64,000 nt of DNA from positions 62,001 through 126,000 of IMG/VR virus record IMGVR_UViG_3300022745_000017, one strand, 5' to 3'. Both the position numbers and the translations under genes were made by a program. The notes beneath the pieces are model-generated. The model ran no database searches and was not told the DNA's origin. It worked only from the letters and a program-made list of their open reading frames with translations. Below, piece by piece: positions 36,431 to 45,042 of this stretch. Within the stretch, counting starts at the first letter, position 1; every line of letters starts with the position of its first letter.

Positions 36431-37345
36431 ATGGAAACCCCCACCACATTCAACTTCTCATTTACATCTGATCGTGTCAGTGTTAAAGAGAAGTTGACAC
36501 CTGTTAGCCAAGGCCTAAATCCGCATGAAGTGTGTAATAAAGTTTTGGACGATGTCTACGATATCCATAAAGCTTACGGGATATTCCAATCCTTGGCTCA
36601 AATGGATATCGTTCGAGTCCTTAAAATGCACTTGACCAAAAATCAAGTCAGGCACACCCAAGTCCCTTACTTATTCATCTCCCACTTTAAAACCGATTCT
36701 TTAATCACTATCAACCTAGGATTGCAAGACTATATGGACATCGTCGGCGTACACCTCAAACATAACTCCAAGCCAGCAATGGTCTTTGGAGAGATTCTTT
36801 TTAACTCCAAGCTCGCCAGAGCCAATCAGCAACTCCCCAAAGAAGACAGGCACTACCTATGTATGACTAAAGATCGTAGTGTCGGGGCCTATATCCATTA
36901 CGATGCTGCCAATGTAGAAAACATAGTGTCGTACTACGACATCACGGGTATCCTAGCTCCCGATCAAGGACTTCTCGACACCGATCATAGTTTGATCCCG
37001 GCACTTATCGACAATGCCATTTTGTCAAACTTCTTTCACAAACCCATCAACCCAGCTAACGACATTGAAGCCAGCGCTTTCGATACCGTGTTTCAAACCA
37101 CGCCTGAAACCATCTGCCAGATCATTGCGCGCAGCGTGTTTGCTAACAAGGACAATAAACCCGTGTGCGACTTCGTCATGGATACCTTCGTGCTAGTCCA
37201 CGCGCGTATAGAAAAAGCCACCATTGGTGAGCGACGGTTTGAAGAGAGCAATGCTTGTAGTGCGGGGCTCACGAAATCAGTGGTCAACCGTATCTTCGGT
37301 CTGGACAACTGCGCAAACATCCATCAGCGCCACTTCGTTGCCTAA
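36431..37345 (+). CDS. Hypothetical protein
   Basis: 304 aa, AAGGAGG RBS. Confidence 0.75.
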   Translation: METPTTFNFSFTSDRVSVKEKLTPVSQGLNPHEVCNKVLDDVYDIHKAYGIFQSLAQMDIVRVLKMHLTKNQVRHTQVPYLFISHFKTDSLITINLGLQDYMDIVGVHLKHNSKPAMVFGEILFNSKLARANQQLPKEDRHYLCMTKDRSVGAYIHYDAANVENIVSYYDITGILAPDQGLLDTDHSLIPALIDNAILSNFFHKPINPANDIEASAFDTVFQTTPETICQIIARSVFANKDNKPVCDFVMDTFVLVHARIEKATIGERRFEESNACSAGLTKSVVNRIFGLDNCANIHQRHFVA

Positions 37346-37369
37346 CCCCTTAAGAAAGCAGACACTACC

Positions 37370-38191
37370 ATGGCCAACACCATCACTCTCCAACACGACT
37401 GGGCTAAGCTCACCATCGACAACTATGAAAACACACCCCTACACACCACCAAGTGTTTTCTGACTGCGCTAGAGTACTTCAACGCTCTTGATCGCTACCA
37501 TATCTTTGGACGCATCTTGCGTGCTACTCATCACTTCTACGAACACGCCACTGCGCTACCTGGCACCGCCGTTAGTGACTATGGTAATCGACTCGGTGCC
37601 TTGGTCTTAGACTTCCAACACTTCGATTATAATCGCTTGACAAGTGATTACGTGGAGATGATCAAGCAAATACCAGCCATCGCATGCCAACCTCTGAAAC
37701 TAATAGATGATCCTAGTATCCTAACTGAGAGTGATACTCACCGGTTTTACTTCTCATCGTGTAAGACGACAGCCCTGTACGTCTTCTATGACGAGAGTAT
37801 GCAAATCTCTCGTGCTATGCTATTACAATGGCCTAATACTCCCATTGTGCAAACCCTTGAAGATCGGACACAGAACCCTATCATCCACCCCATCACCACT
37901 CAAAAAGAAATCAACGAGGCACTAGCTCTGGATTGGAGTCCTTTAGCTTATGAGATGGATAATCGCTACGCCGTCTCCTTGCTTTATCAGGCAATCTACC
38001 GCACCAGTGCTCACACCACGGATACAGCAGTGTGTGCAGCCTATCTCGATACCATCCTAGCGAGTGTATTCACCCGCATGGACATCACTCTGGCTGGTAT
38101 CAATCACCAGATGAAACTACCTCCTAAGTTCTCTTCTATTGTCCCTGATCCAGGTGGTTTTGGTGTACAACTGATCAGAACGAAGGTGTAA
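37370..38191 (+). CDS. Hypothetical protein
   Basis: 273 aa, AGAAAG upstream. Confidence 0.75.
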   Translation: MANTITLQHDWAKLTIDNYENTPLHTTKCFLTALEYFNALDRYHIFGRILRATHHFYEHATALPGTAVSDYGNRLGALVLDFQHFDYNRLTSDYVEMIKQIPAIACQPLKLIDDPSILTESDTHRFYFSSCKTTALYVFYDESMQISRAMLLQWPNTPIVQTLEDRTQNPIIHPITTQKEINEALALDWSPLAYEMDNRYAVSLLYQAIYRTSAHTTDTAVCAAYLDTILASVFTRMDITLAGINHQMKLPPKFSSIVPDPGGFGVQLIRTKV

Positions 38192-38520
38192 GGGTCGTGT
38201 GAATGGCTGTGTGTACCTACTACTATCCAACTGGGGTAGGGTAGGTACACTCCTTACCACTTACTTATTTCTTTGTCTATCAAAGAGTGACTTCCAGTAG
38301 AGACTAAGAAGTGAGGAGGGGATGGAGATCCCCTCCTATAAATAAGAGTTTATCCACACACATAACCCCTACCCCACCTACCAACCACTCCTACAAATGA
38401 GAAGAGAGTTAACAAGACATAACAATGCACGTATCCATATCTTTTTAAACATATATCATGCTGTAGTACACAAACAGGTGTACTACCTATCCATCCCTTA
38501 CTCAAAAGGAAAAGACTATC

Positions 38521-38667
38521 ATGGTCAGTATCTTCAACCCTTATGTCTTTATGAATGTCATGCTCACTCCCTGGCTGTGGCCAGCACTGAGTGTGATGGT
38601 CGCCGTAGAGGCAGCAGAGCGACTGAGCGATGAGCTCTCTGGCAAACCCAAGATGCCTATTCTTTAA
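38521..38667 (+). CDS. 48-aa small protein (not in the ORF track)
   Basis: MVSIFNPYVFMNVMLTPWLWPALSVMVAVEAAERLSDELSGKPKMPIL; AAAGGA RBS, promoter-like ACATATATCAT at 38449, hairpin after the stop. Confidence 0.6.
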   Translation: MVSIFNPYVFMNVMLTPWLWPALSVMVAVEAAERLSDELSGKPKMPIL

Positions 38668-38675
38668 TCAACTCC

Positions 38676-38718
38676 CTCTCTACCCTGACGCGTTATTGTC
38701 AGGGTAGAGAGCTATGCC
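38676..38718 (+). terminator. 14-bp hairpin plus CTATGCC
   Basis: ctctctaccctgac/gtcagggtagagag. Confidence 0.7.
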
Positions 38719-38745
38719 CTTTTTCACCTCTATAGGAAAACCACC

Positions 38746-39234
38746 ATGAACCGTACCGCTAACATTCGCCTGACTCAAGAAGACGGGATCACTGTTGTGA
38801 TGAAAACTCCTGTGGTGCATTACCCTAACGATCCCAACCGAGCCCCTATCATGCCACAGCTCATACCCATCCCTGATGCCGGCTTGACGGAAGAAGAGAA
38901 CATCATTCTCTTGATTGTCAGTGGGTATGACGCCCTCTTGACGACATTGTTGTCTTCTACACTCGTGACAGCTGTGGAAGTACCACTGCCCTCTATTGGG
39001 GAAAAGCTCAATGCTTTGCGTGATCACCAAGACACCATCGTGGATATTTTTCAACAGAGTTCAGAACTGAGTCAACCAGCTGAGCGCTTTGAAGCTGTGG
39101 TGGCTAACATGACCAAGTTTTTCGAAGGTTACCCCGGCTACGATCAGGCTGATCCTGGCCCAGCATGTCAGTACCTCGCCGACACGCTCCGGGGGTATGA
39201 ACACGAGTGCTTCCGCAAGATCATCTTCTGCTAA
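38746..39234 (+). CDS. Hypothetical protein
   Basis: 162 aa, AGGA RBS. Confidence 0.7.
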   Translation: MNRTANIRLTQEDGITVVMKTPVVHYPNDPNRAPIMPQLIPIPDAGLTEEENIILLIVSGYDALLTTLLSSTLVTAVEVPLPSIGEKLNALRDHQDTIVDIFQQSSELSQPAERFEAVVANMTKFFEGYPGYDQADPGPACQYLADTLRGYEHECFRKIIFC

Positions 39235-39308
39235 TCGACAACCACTGACAACCCTAGCACATGCGTAAGACTTTAACCTACGCATGTGCCATCTATAGGA
39301 GATCTCAA

Positions 39309-40136
39309 ATGACTTTATCTGCCACCGTGACTGCTAAATCCGGCATCATCTTCTCCAGCGAAGATATCCGCCCCGACGGCATTGACTCTATCACGCGAGT
39401 GAGTCAAGTCATCTCCATGGCTGACAAGATCGGTTATAAGGAGCTGGCCGAACACATTTACCAAGCCGTGATTGATCGACAAGACAAAGTGCTGAGCGTT
39501 CCTCAGGACATCTCCATAAGAGATCTGGATATCACCATCGATGCGCTTCAGTTGTGCGTGGAGGTGATTCGAAAGCCTCTGGACAGCGATCCTTTTGCTA
39601 ATGCTGAGCGCGTAGCTGGTAAAGGTCAAAATCTGCTGAACCTCCTGCGCGACCCCACGTATGCTGGGTGTAGCTTCTTTACCTACTCTCTGAGAGACAA
39701 GAATAAAATCGACTTCTCTGTCATTATCGTTGATCTGGAAGGAGTGCCGCTAGACAATGACCCCAAGAGCCTCTATAAGAGCGGGTTTTCAGTGGGGTTG
39801 TACAAGGATGTTTATAGAGATCTGCGTGAAGATGTGTTTTCTGGGATTGAAGACATCTCTTACCGAGACTTGGAGGAAGCCCTCACCGATTCGAATATGC
39901 TGGCTAGCAAACTTTGTATTGGCCGTGACGAATGGTTGTACGGCGAATTCCTGGACAGACCGGCAACCATCTTTGTTCTCAGACCTCACCTGAAGTGTCG
40001 CATCGCGTATCAGATACTGCGTAACGTGGCTCTCGGCGGTCGCGTTGGCGCTACGGAGAAACTGCTCGAAGTTCTGCAAGAAAAGCGCAAGGATAAGCCG
40101 CAAGACATTCTGCACTACCTCACGGTAGCAAACTAA
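39309..40136 (+). CDS. Hypothetical protein
   Basis: Start moved to MTLSATV after AGGAG; upstream hairpin 39257-39289. Confidence 0.7.
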   Translation: MTLSATVTAKSGIIFSSEDIRPDGIDSITRVSQVISMADKIGYKELAEHIYQAVIDRQDKVLSVPQDISIRDLDITIDALQLCVEVIRKPLDSDPFANAERVAGKGQNLLNLLRDPTYAGCSFFTYSLRDKNKIDFSVIIVDLEGVPLDNDPKSLYKSGFSVGLYKDVYRDLREDVFSGIEDISYRDLEEALTDSNMLASKLCIGRDEWLYGEFLDRPATIFVLRPHLKCRIAYQILRNVALGGRVGATEKLLEVLQEKRKDKPQDILHYLTVAN

Positions 40137-40180
40137 ACCACAACAGAGGGCTTAGGCCCTCCATTACCGAAAGGCGTACC

Positions 40181-40684
40181 ATGTTTTCAGCAATCATTGC
40201 ACTCTACGATAAGCTAGATAAACAGATCGATTTATCTACACAGTTACATGAACAAACAACCAGGTTAAGCAATCTGTTTGCGCAATACACTAAACACGCT
40301 CCTTTTACCGGTTTGGGTATAAGCGATCCCAGACATCTGTGGTGGGTCGAGAGTATTCTTTGGAATATCTCTTTGATGAATGGGTTTGCTCAGCGCGTAT
40401 TGGGCTTGGTAAGGAGTGAAGATCCGCGAAAGACTTTACGAGAGCTAACAGAGACATTTCATAAGAGCTGGATCAACACCAACAGCGTGTGTCCGGATCA
40501 GCTTCAATCGCAAGTGCTGGCGCAAGCCTATGGGATTACAAAAGAGATTGACCGGCTGCTCTTGCTGCGCCCGACATTCTCACGGTTTGAAATCACCGTA
40601 GGAAAACTGATTATGATTGTAACGCTAGATTACCGAGCTGTCATGAAAAACATGTACGCTTTTCGCACCACCCAACAACTGTGA
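40181..40684 (+). CDS. Hypothetical protein
   Basis: 167 aa, GAAAGG RBS. Confidence 0.65.
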   Translation: MFSAIIALYDKLDKQIDLSTQLHEQTTRLSNLFAQYTKHAPFTGLGISDPRHLWWVESILWNISLMNGFAQRVLGLVRSEDPRKTLRELTETFHKSWINTNSVCPDQLQSQVLAQAYGITKEIDRLLLLRPTFSRFEITVGKLIMIVTLDYRAVMKNMYAFRTTQQL

Positions 40685-40691
40685 GGCTATT

Positions 40692-41957
40692 ATGCACACC
40701 ATCAGAGAAATCCCCTTCGTCATTGACGACCATGACCGCTCTACAGTGATCGAAGCCACCTTGGTGATCACTACTACGGGCACTTCTTTTTCTATGGAAA
40801 CGACCTACATCGATGACAAGAGTCGTGAAGTCGTCAAAGAAGTGTTGGCTAAGCGGACTGGAGTCTTTACCAGACTCGTCGCTATCAGGGACGAGTCTGG
40901 TAGCATCCAAGCATTCGCTGACGATCTGTCCTTCGAGCGACTGAGCAAAAAATCCGCCGATGCTATCTGGGGCTCTCGCAGTGTCGAAATGCCTGAAATC
41001 TTGCAGTACCTCTTTGAAATCTCTTTACAAGGCGCAGAACGCTTGACTGGGTTTGACTTGCAGGAGTGCTATGACTTTATTGCCAAGATCATCTTTTACC
41101 ATACCAACGGCAGCATCCGTCCGAATCTGTACGTTGGTGAAGTCGGCCATCCGGAAGAGATGCGCGCCTTTAGCGTCCACAGAAAGCAGTTGCCTATCAG
41201 TCACCAACAGCTTGAGCAAGCTTTACGCAATATCCCTTGGGCCCCCATGATTGAGTCTGGTTCTTTTACTCCGGATATCGAGCCAGACTACTTTAACATA
41301 TGGACGGCTACTGATTCACAAAAACCCCTACCACCGGCTCTGACTATCCATCCCAAACCACCGATGGCGTGCATTAAACCATCGTTTACTGAAAGCTTAC
41401 TGACTAAATCATCGGGACTATATTACCGTGGACGTGATTACCACCGCCGTAAACAGTTGGCAGAAAATACCTACGATTTCCTTTGGGAAGATTTGCGCAA
41501 GCCTTTACCTGACTCTAAACTGGACTTCAAGCTTGTTGCGAATAAGCAGCGAAAACCAGTCGGTGATCTAGGTACTTCTTTCCACATGAAGGACGTAGGT
41601 GACGCTTTTGCCTTAACACTGTTTCCTAAAGCTCAAGGCAGTGTTGGTGGCTACAAATACGGTACACCCTGCCCCTATGTACCATATCACGATGATTTGC
41701 CACTGTGGGCGGAGTATCCCGAAGAGCTCACTGCGACGATCCCGATGGAGCGCCGTAGCGCGCAGTCAGGAATGCCATTTACCCTCAATCACTTAGCCCA
41801 AAAAATCGCCGGAGCCTATGGCTATGACGCAGACGCAAGACAAAGCCCATCGTTTCAATTTATTCCATCAGATCACGGAGAACCGCTGTTGAAGTTTTTC
41901 AAATTTTGGCCGGACTATATCGAAGCAACAGGCCCCTCTAAAGGAGATAAAGCATGA
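40692..41957 (+). CDS. Hypothetical protein
   Basis: 421 aa, GAGG RBS. Confidence 0.75.
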   Translation: MHTIREIPFVIDDHDRSTVIEATLVITTTGTSFSMETTYIDDKSREVVKEVLAKRTGVFTRLVAIRDESGSIQAFADDLSFERLSKKSADAIWGSRSVEMPEILQYLFEISLQGAERLTGFDLQECYDFIAKIIFYHTNGSIRPNLYVGEVGHPEEMRAFSVHRKQLPISHQQLEQALRNIPWAPMIESGSFTPDIEPDYFNIWTATDSQKPLPPALTIHPKPPMACIKPSFTESLLTKSSGLYYRGRDYHRRKQLAENTYDFLWEDLRKPLPDSKLDFKLVANKQRKPVGDLGTSFHMKDVGDAFALTLFPKAQGSVGGYKYGTPCPYVPYHDDLPLWAEYPEELTATIPMERRSAQSGMPFTLNHLAQKIAGAYGYDADARQSPSFQFIPSDHGEPLLKFFKFWPDYIEATGPSKGDKA

Positions 41958-42706
41958 TCCACACTTTCCGCTCCCTCATTCCTTTTCACCTGTCTTTCAA
42001 AGAAACAGATAGTGTTGAATACGAACACAACCGCGATCAAAAGATCGCATACATTGCACATGCACTCGATGACATCTTCACTGATGTCGTCAAGGCCCCA
42101 CCTGCCAAAGTGCAGTACGTCACCCCTGTGTTTGAAACCGTTCTTGCGGTAAAAGAAGGCGGTGACCAAGGTGTTGTGTGCACCGGCATTCAAACGACTG
42201 CGCCACGTCTGCTATCCAAGACAAATTGGGGTAGCTTGGTGCTGAGCTCCATCGAAGTGTATCCACCCATGGGTGCGAGGCACGGTGTACGCAATTACGC
42301 ACGCACGCCTTGGAAGGACATGCATGCACCTTTGTGCGAGCTCATGACTGAGAGCCCTGCGCTGATGAGTGCCATTGATGCGATCCAGCCTCGCTATAAC
42401 ACCAAAGAGATCTTGCTCCACGCTCCGCAAGGACTTTATGGTCGTATGAGCTTGATCAACAATGGTTTTCCGTCAGAAGACCTCACGATTGTTATCAACC
42501 TGCACTTTCTCCAACGCTACATGAATAGTGAAAGTGTCAGTGTAGCAGGGTTGCAAAACCTGGTGACTACCAACGGTATCGATAACTTGCGGAAATACTT
42601 CGATGATCGCAACGTGTATGGGATCTATAGCGACCCCGACGGTGGCGTCTTGTTGCCAAGCGGCCTGCACCACACCGATCCCGATAAGTGGTTCTTGCGC
42701 CGGTAA
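41954..42706 (+). CDS. Hypothetical protein
   Basis: 250 aa, ATGA overlap, AAGGAG RBS. Confidence 0.75.
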   Translation: MIHTFRSLIPFHLSFKETDSVEYEHNRDQKIAYIAHALDDIFTDVVKAPPAKVQYVTPVFETVLAVKEGGDQGVVCTGIQTTAPRLLSKTNWGSLVLSSIEVYPPMGARHGVRNYARTPWKDMHAPLCELMTESPALMSAIDAIQPRYNTKEILLHAPQGLYGRMSLINNGFPSEDLTIVINLHFLQRYMNSESVSVAGLQNLVTTNGIDNLRKYFDDRNVYGIYSDPDGGVLLPSGLHHTDPDKWFLRR

Positions 42707-42710
42707 ATAG

Positions 42711-42757
42711 CCGACATAGTCCTGTACTGCTGTGCCTAGGCACAGCAGTACAGGACT
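42711..42757. terminator. 40-bp perfect palindrome between convergent genes; TATGTC follows on the minus strand
   Basis: agtcctgtactgctgtgcc-ta-ggcacagcagtacaggact at 42718-42757. Confidence 0.75.
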
Positions 42758-43497
42758 TACGCCAGGGCTTGTATTCTCTGGACATAGGTGCAGACACTGT
42801 GTTGGTCTCTGCGCCAAGGATTAGTGTCGATTGCCATCTCTAGCAGTAGTATAGCCTTGGCTGTACGTGACAGTGTTATCGGTTGGGCACTGCCGTCCAG
42901 ACAGTATGTAGGGGTTTTACGAGGATGATGGTAGCTACCCAAGTAAGGGATAAGGTCTCCCTTGTTCTGATAGCGATGGTACTTATCTCCTAAGATGCTT
43001 TCAACGTGCTGGGCATGTATCTTGTCACCAAACGCCGGTTGTCCAAACGTCGTCACTCTCGTGACCTGAAAGGCCAAAGGATGTGAGGGGTGAGAGTGTG
43101 CACACATCGCAAAGAATAAAGCCAGTGCGCCACCTGTTGAATGGCCTGTCACGTACAGTGGTAGGTCCCGGTTTCCTTGACGCAGCGTTAAGCAAATCGC
43201 GGTGTAGATTTGCATGAGTGCTGTATAGACAGGATCACAGACTTGACAGCTCGGCAAAGAGGTGCCGTACTTGACGAAGTGATCGTTAAGGCTAAAGTCA
43301 CAGATATCACTGTACTCATCTTTGTAAGCCCCAAAGGCTACGACATTTTCTTTGCCGTTTGTGGCGACGAGGCAGTCAGATTGTGAGGATTCAATCACAC
43401 TGGCTTGCCAGCCTTTTTGCTTAGCACGGCTCAGCATTCCGGTTTCATCGTAGCGGGTAAGGGCAGCGAATTCAACGAGGTCTTTATCGGTCAACAT
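42757..43497 (-). CDS. Class-3 lipase (alpha/beta hydrolase)
   Basis: YVTGHSTGGALA nucleophile elbow, TTFGQPAFGD, NKGDLIP (Asp), DQHSV (His). Confidence 0.85.
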   Translation of the reverse strand: MLTDKDLVEFAALTRYDETGMLSRAKQKGWQASVIESSQSDCLVATNGKENVVAFGAYKDEYSDICDFSLNDHFVKYGTSLPSCQVCDPVYTALMQIYTAICLTLRQGNRDLPLYVTGHSTGGALALFFAMCAHSHPSHPLAFQVTRVTTFGQPAFGDKIHAQHVESILGDKYHRYQNKGDLIPYLGSYHHPRKTPTYCLDGSAQPITLSRTAKAILLLEMAIDTNPWRRDQHSVCTYVQRIQALA

Positions 43498-43608
43498 TTT
43501 AAACTCCAGCTATTGAGAGGAAGGGAAACGATATGTGTTTTTAATCAAGGAACCAGTAAATTGAGTGGTGAGCTAAAAACGTATTTGTAAAAAGGAAAAA
43601 AGACAATC

Positions 43609-44091
43609 ATGTCAGCATTTAAATGTACTACCAATGCTTTTAGTCCTATGACGATCGCACTCAATGAAGCCAAAGGGCCGATTGATTTAGTGCGCTTACA
43701 CAGTCTTCACCGACTACATCGTCGCCACGATGTGAGTGAAGTCACAGTGATTAAAGATCCGCACGGCAAAATTCTTAACCTGCGGAGCATCGAAAACCAA
43801 CTGCAAGGCTTACGGGTTTGGGTACAGATCATACGTGTGCGCCGAGACATCGGCCTGCGCACCAGGATAGCACTTCAGGTAAATGGTAGTGCTGGTGGAA
43901 GTTATTACGACCACGAATTAAGAAGACACGTCAAACCGCCCATGGATTTAAACAGTTCAGTGTATTTGCTGCACTACGGTGGTATCGGGGCAGTAAGTCC
44001 TAAATTCAAAACTCTCGATGAGCTCAGACAATACGCGCTAGATAAGAGAGTACCTGGCATATCTGAGTATTTAACTGATAAAGGATGGTAA
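43609..44091 (+). CDS. Hypothetical protein
   Basis: 160 aa, AAAGGA RBS. Confidence 0.65.
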   Translation: MSAFKCTTNAFSPMTIALNEAKGPIDLVRLHSLHRLHRRHDVSEVTVIKDPHGKILNLRSIENQLQGLRVWVQIIRVRRDIGLRTRIALQVNGSAGGSYYDHELRRHVKPPMDLNSSVYLLHYGGIGAVSPKFKTLDELRQYALDKRVPGISEYLTDKGW

Positions 44092-44093
44092 TC

Positions 44094-44303
44094 ATGGCCG
44101 CACTACTGCACGACGTTTGTTACTTTACCGGTGATATCACCGGCATTGACTCCGATTTACAGGTTATCAATAGCGACGAAGTTAAATTGATCTTGTTAGG
44201 CAGGAGTGGCCTAGGGTTTCAGGGTTGTTTTAAGGAGTCCGTGGCCCACCCAATACTCTTTGAATCCGAACGATTTATTGAACGAAGAGCTGTACCCGAT
44301 TGA
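44094..44303 (+). CDS. Possible small hypothetical protein
   Basis: 69 aa after AAGGA; overlaps the next ORF by 44 nt. Confidence 0.35.
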   Translation: MAALLHDVCYFTGDITGIDSDLQVINSDEVKLILLGRSGLGFQGCFKESVAHPILFESERFIERRAVPD

Positions 44304-44592
44304 AAAGCCGAATGGAGATAACGCCCCATCGACTTATGTGGAGATAGGTGGTTATGCGCGACACCGCCACATCTACCTAGGTCCCATTCCGCTGTTCCGA
44401 GTGACAGATGAGTATCCTGCGCAGAGCTGTGTTAGCGCACAAGCTGAGGAAATTGATCACCTGCGCGAAGCTCTGCGCATCACTCGTGAGCAAATCAAAG
44501 GTGGCATTAAAGTAGATCCAGAAATGGTCTGGAGTCTGATAAGGGCCATTCTCATCCTCAACAACTTTGAAGGAATTCATTATGGGTGTTGA
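44260..44592 (+). CDS. Hypothetical protein
   Basis: 110-aa ORF with a non-ATG start as given in the track. Confidence 0.5.
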   Translation: MNPNDLLNEELYPIEKPNGDNAPSTYVEIGGYARHRHIYLGPIPLFRVTDEYPAQSCVSAQAEEIDHLREALRITREQIKGGIKVDPEMVWSLIRAILILNNFEGIHYGC

Positions 44593-45031
44593 TATTCACT
44601 CCATCGGCTACAGAGTAGATGGCACCAAGGTCGATGCGATGACATCTTTGGTGTTGTTGCGCGGGCCTTTCTATGAATGCTGGCGGCGCACCTTTGCTTT
44701 TCTAGGCAATGAGGTTCAAAACAGAGATGACATTGTGAACTGCGGGTTCTTTCATGAAGGCCTACCTAAAGAAATGCCTCTGGAGCACCGAGAGGGTTTC
44801 CTAGAGCGAGCGGGTCAGGGTGTTGGATATGTATTGGCAAGTGATTTGTTGGCATTCGATTACGACAAGCCACTAGCCCACATCCCGAGCGATGACTCCA
44901 GTGAAGGCCCTCCGCTCCCACCCATGACCTACCGAGAATACTTGACTCCGGACTTGTTTTTCGACAGCTTACAAAAGCTGAAAGATAGTGGGATAACTCA
45001 CATCGTCATTGGTTACGACAACAACCGCTAG
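44582..45031 (+). CDS. Hypothetical phage protein; paralog fragment at 49479
   Basis: MGVDIH...LLAFDYD...TYREYL...FFDSLQKLK..G; AAGGA RBS. Confidence 0.7.
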   Translation: MGVDIHSIGYRVDGTKVDAMTSLVLLRGPFYECWRRTFAFLGNEVQNRDDIVNCGFFHEGLPKEMPLEHREGFLERAGQGVGYVLASDLLAFDYDKPLAHIPSDDSSEGPPLPPMTYREYLTPDLFFDSLQKLKDSGITHIVIGYDNNR

Positions 45032-45042
45032 GAGTTAATAAA

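Noticed and set aside
36431-38191. Possible paralogy of the two adjacent ~290-aa ORFs
   Set aside because: Only a faint N-terminal resemblance (AYGIFQSL versus RYHIFGRI); not supportable by eye.
44094-44303. AALLHDV, an HD-domain-like motif at the start of a 69-aa ORF
   Set aside because: No upstream His-bearing helix or downstream conserved Asp, and the ORF is too short; probably chance or a remnant.
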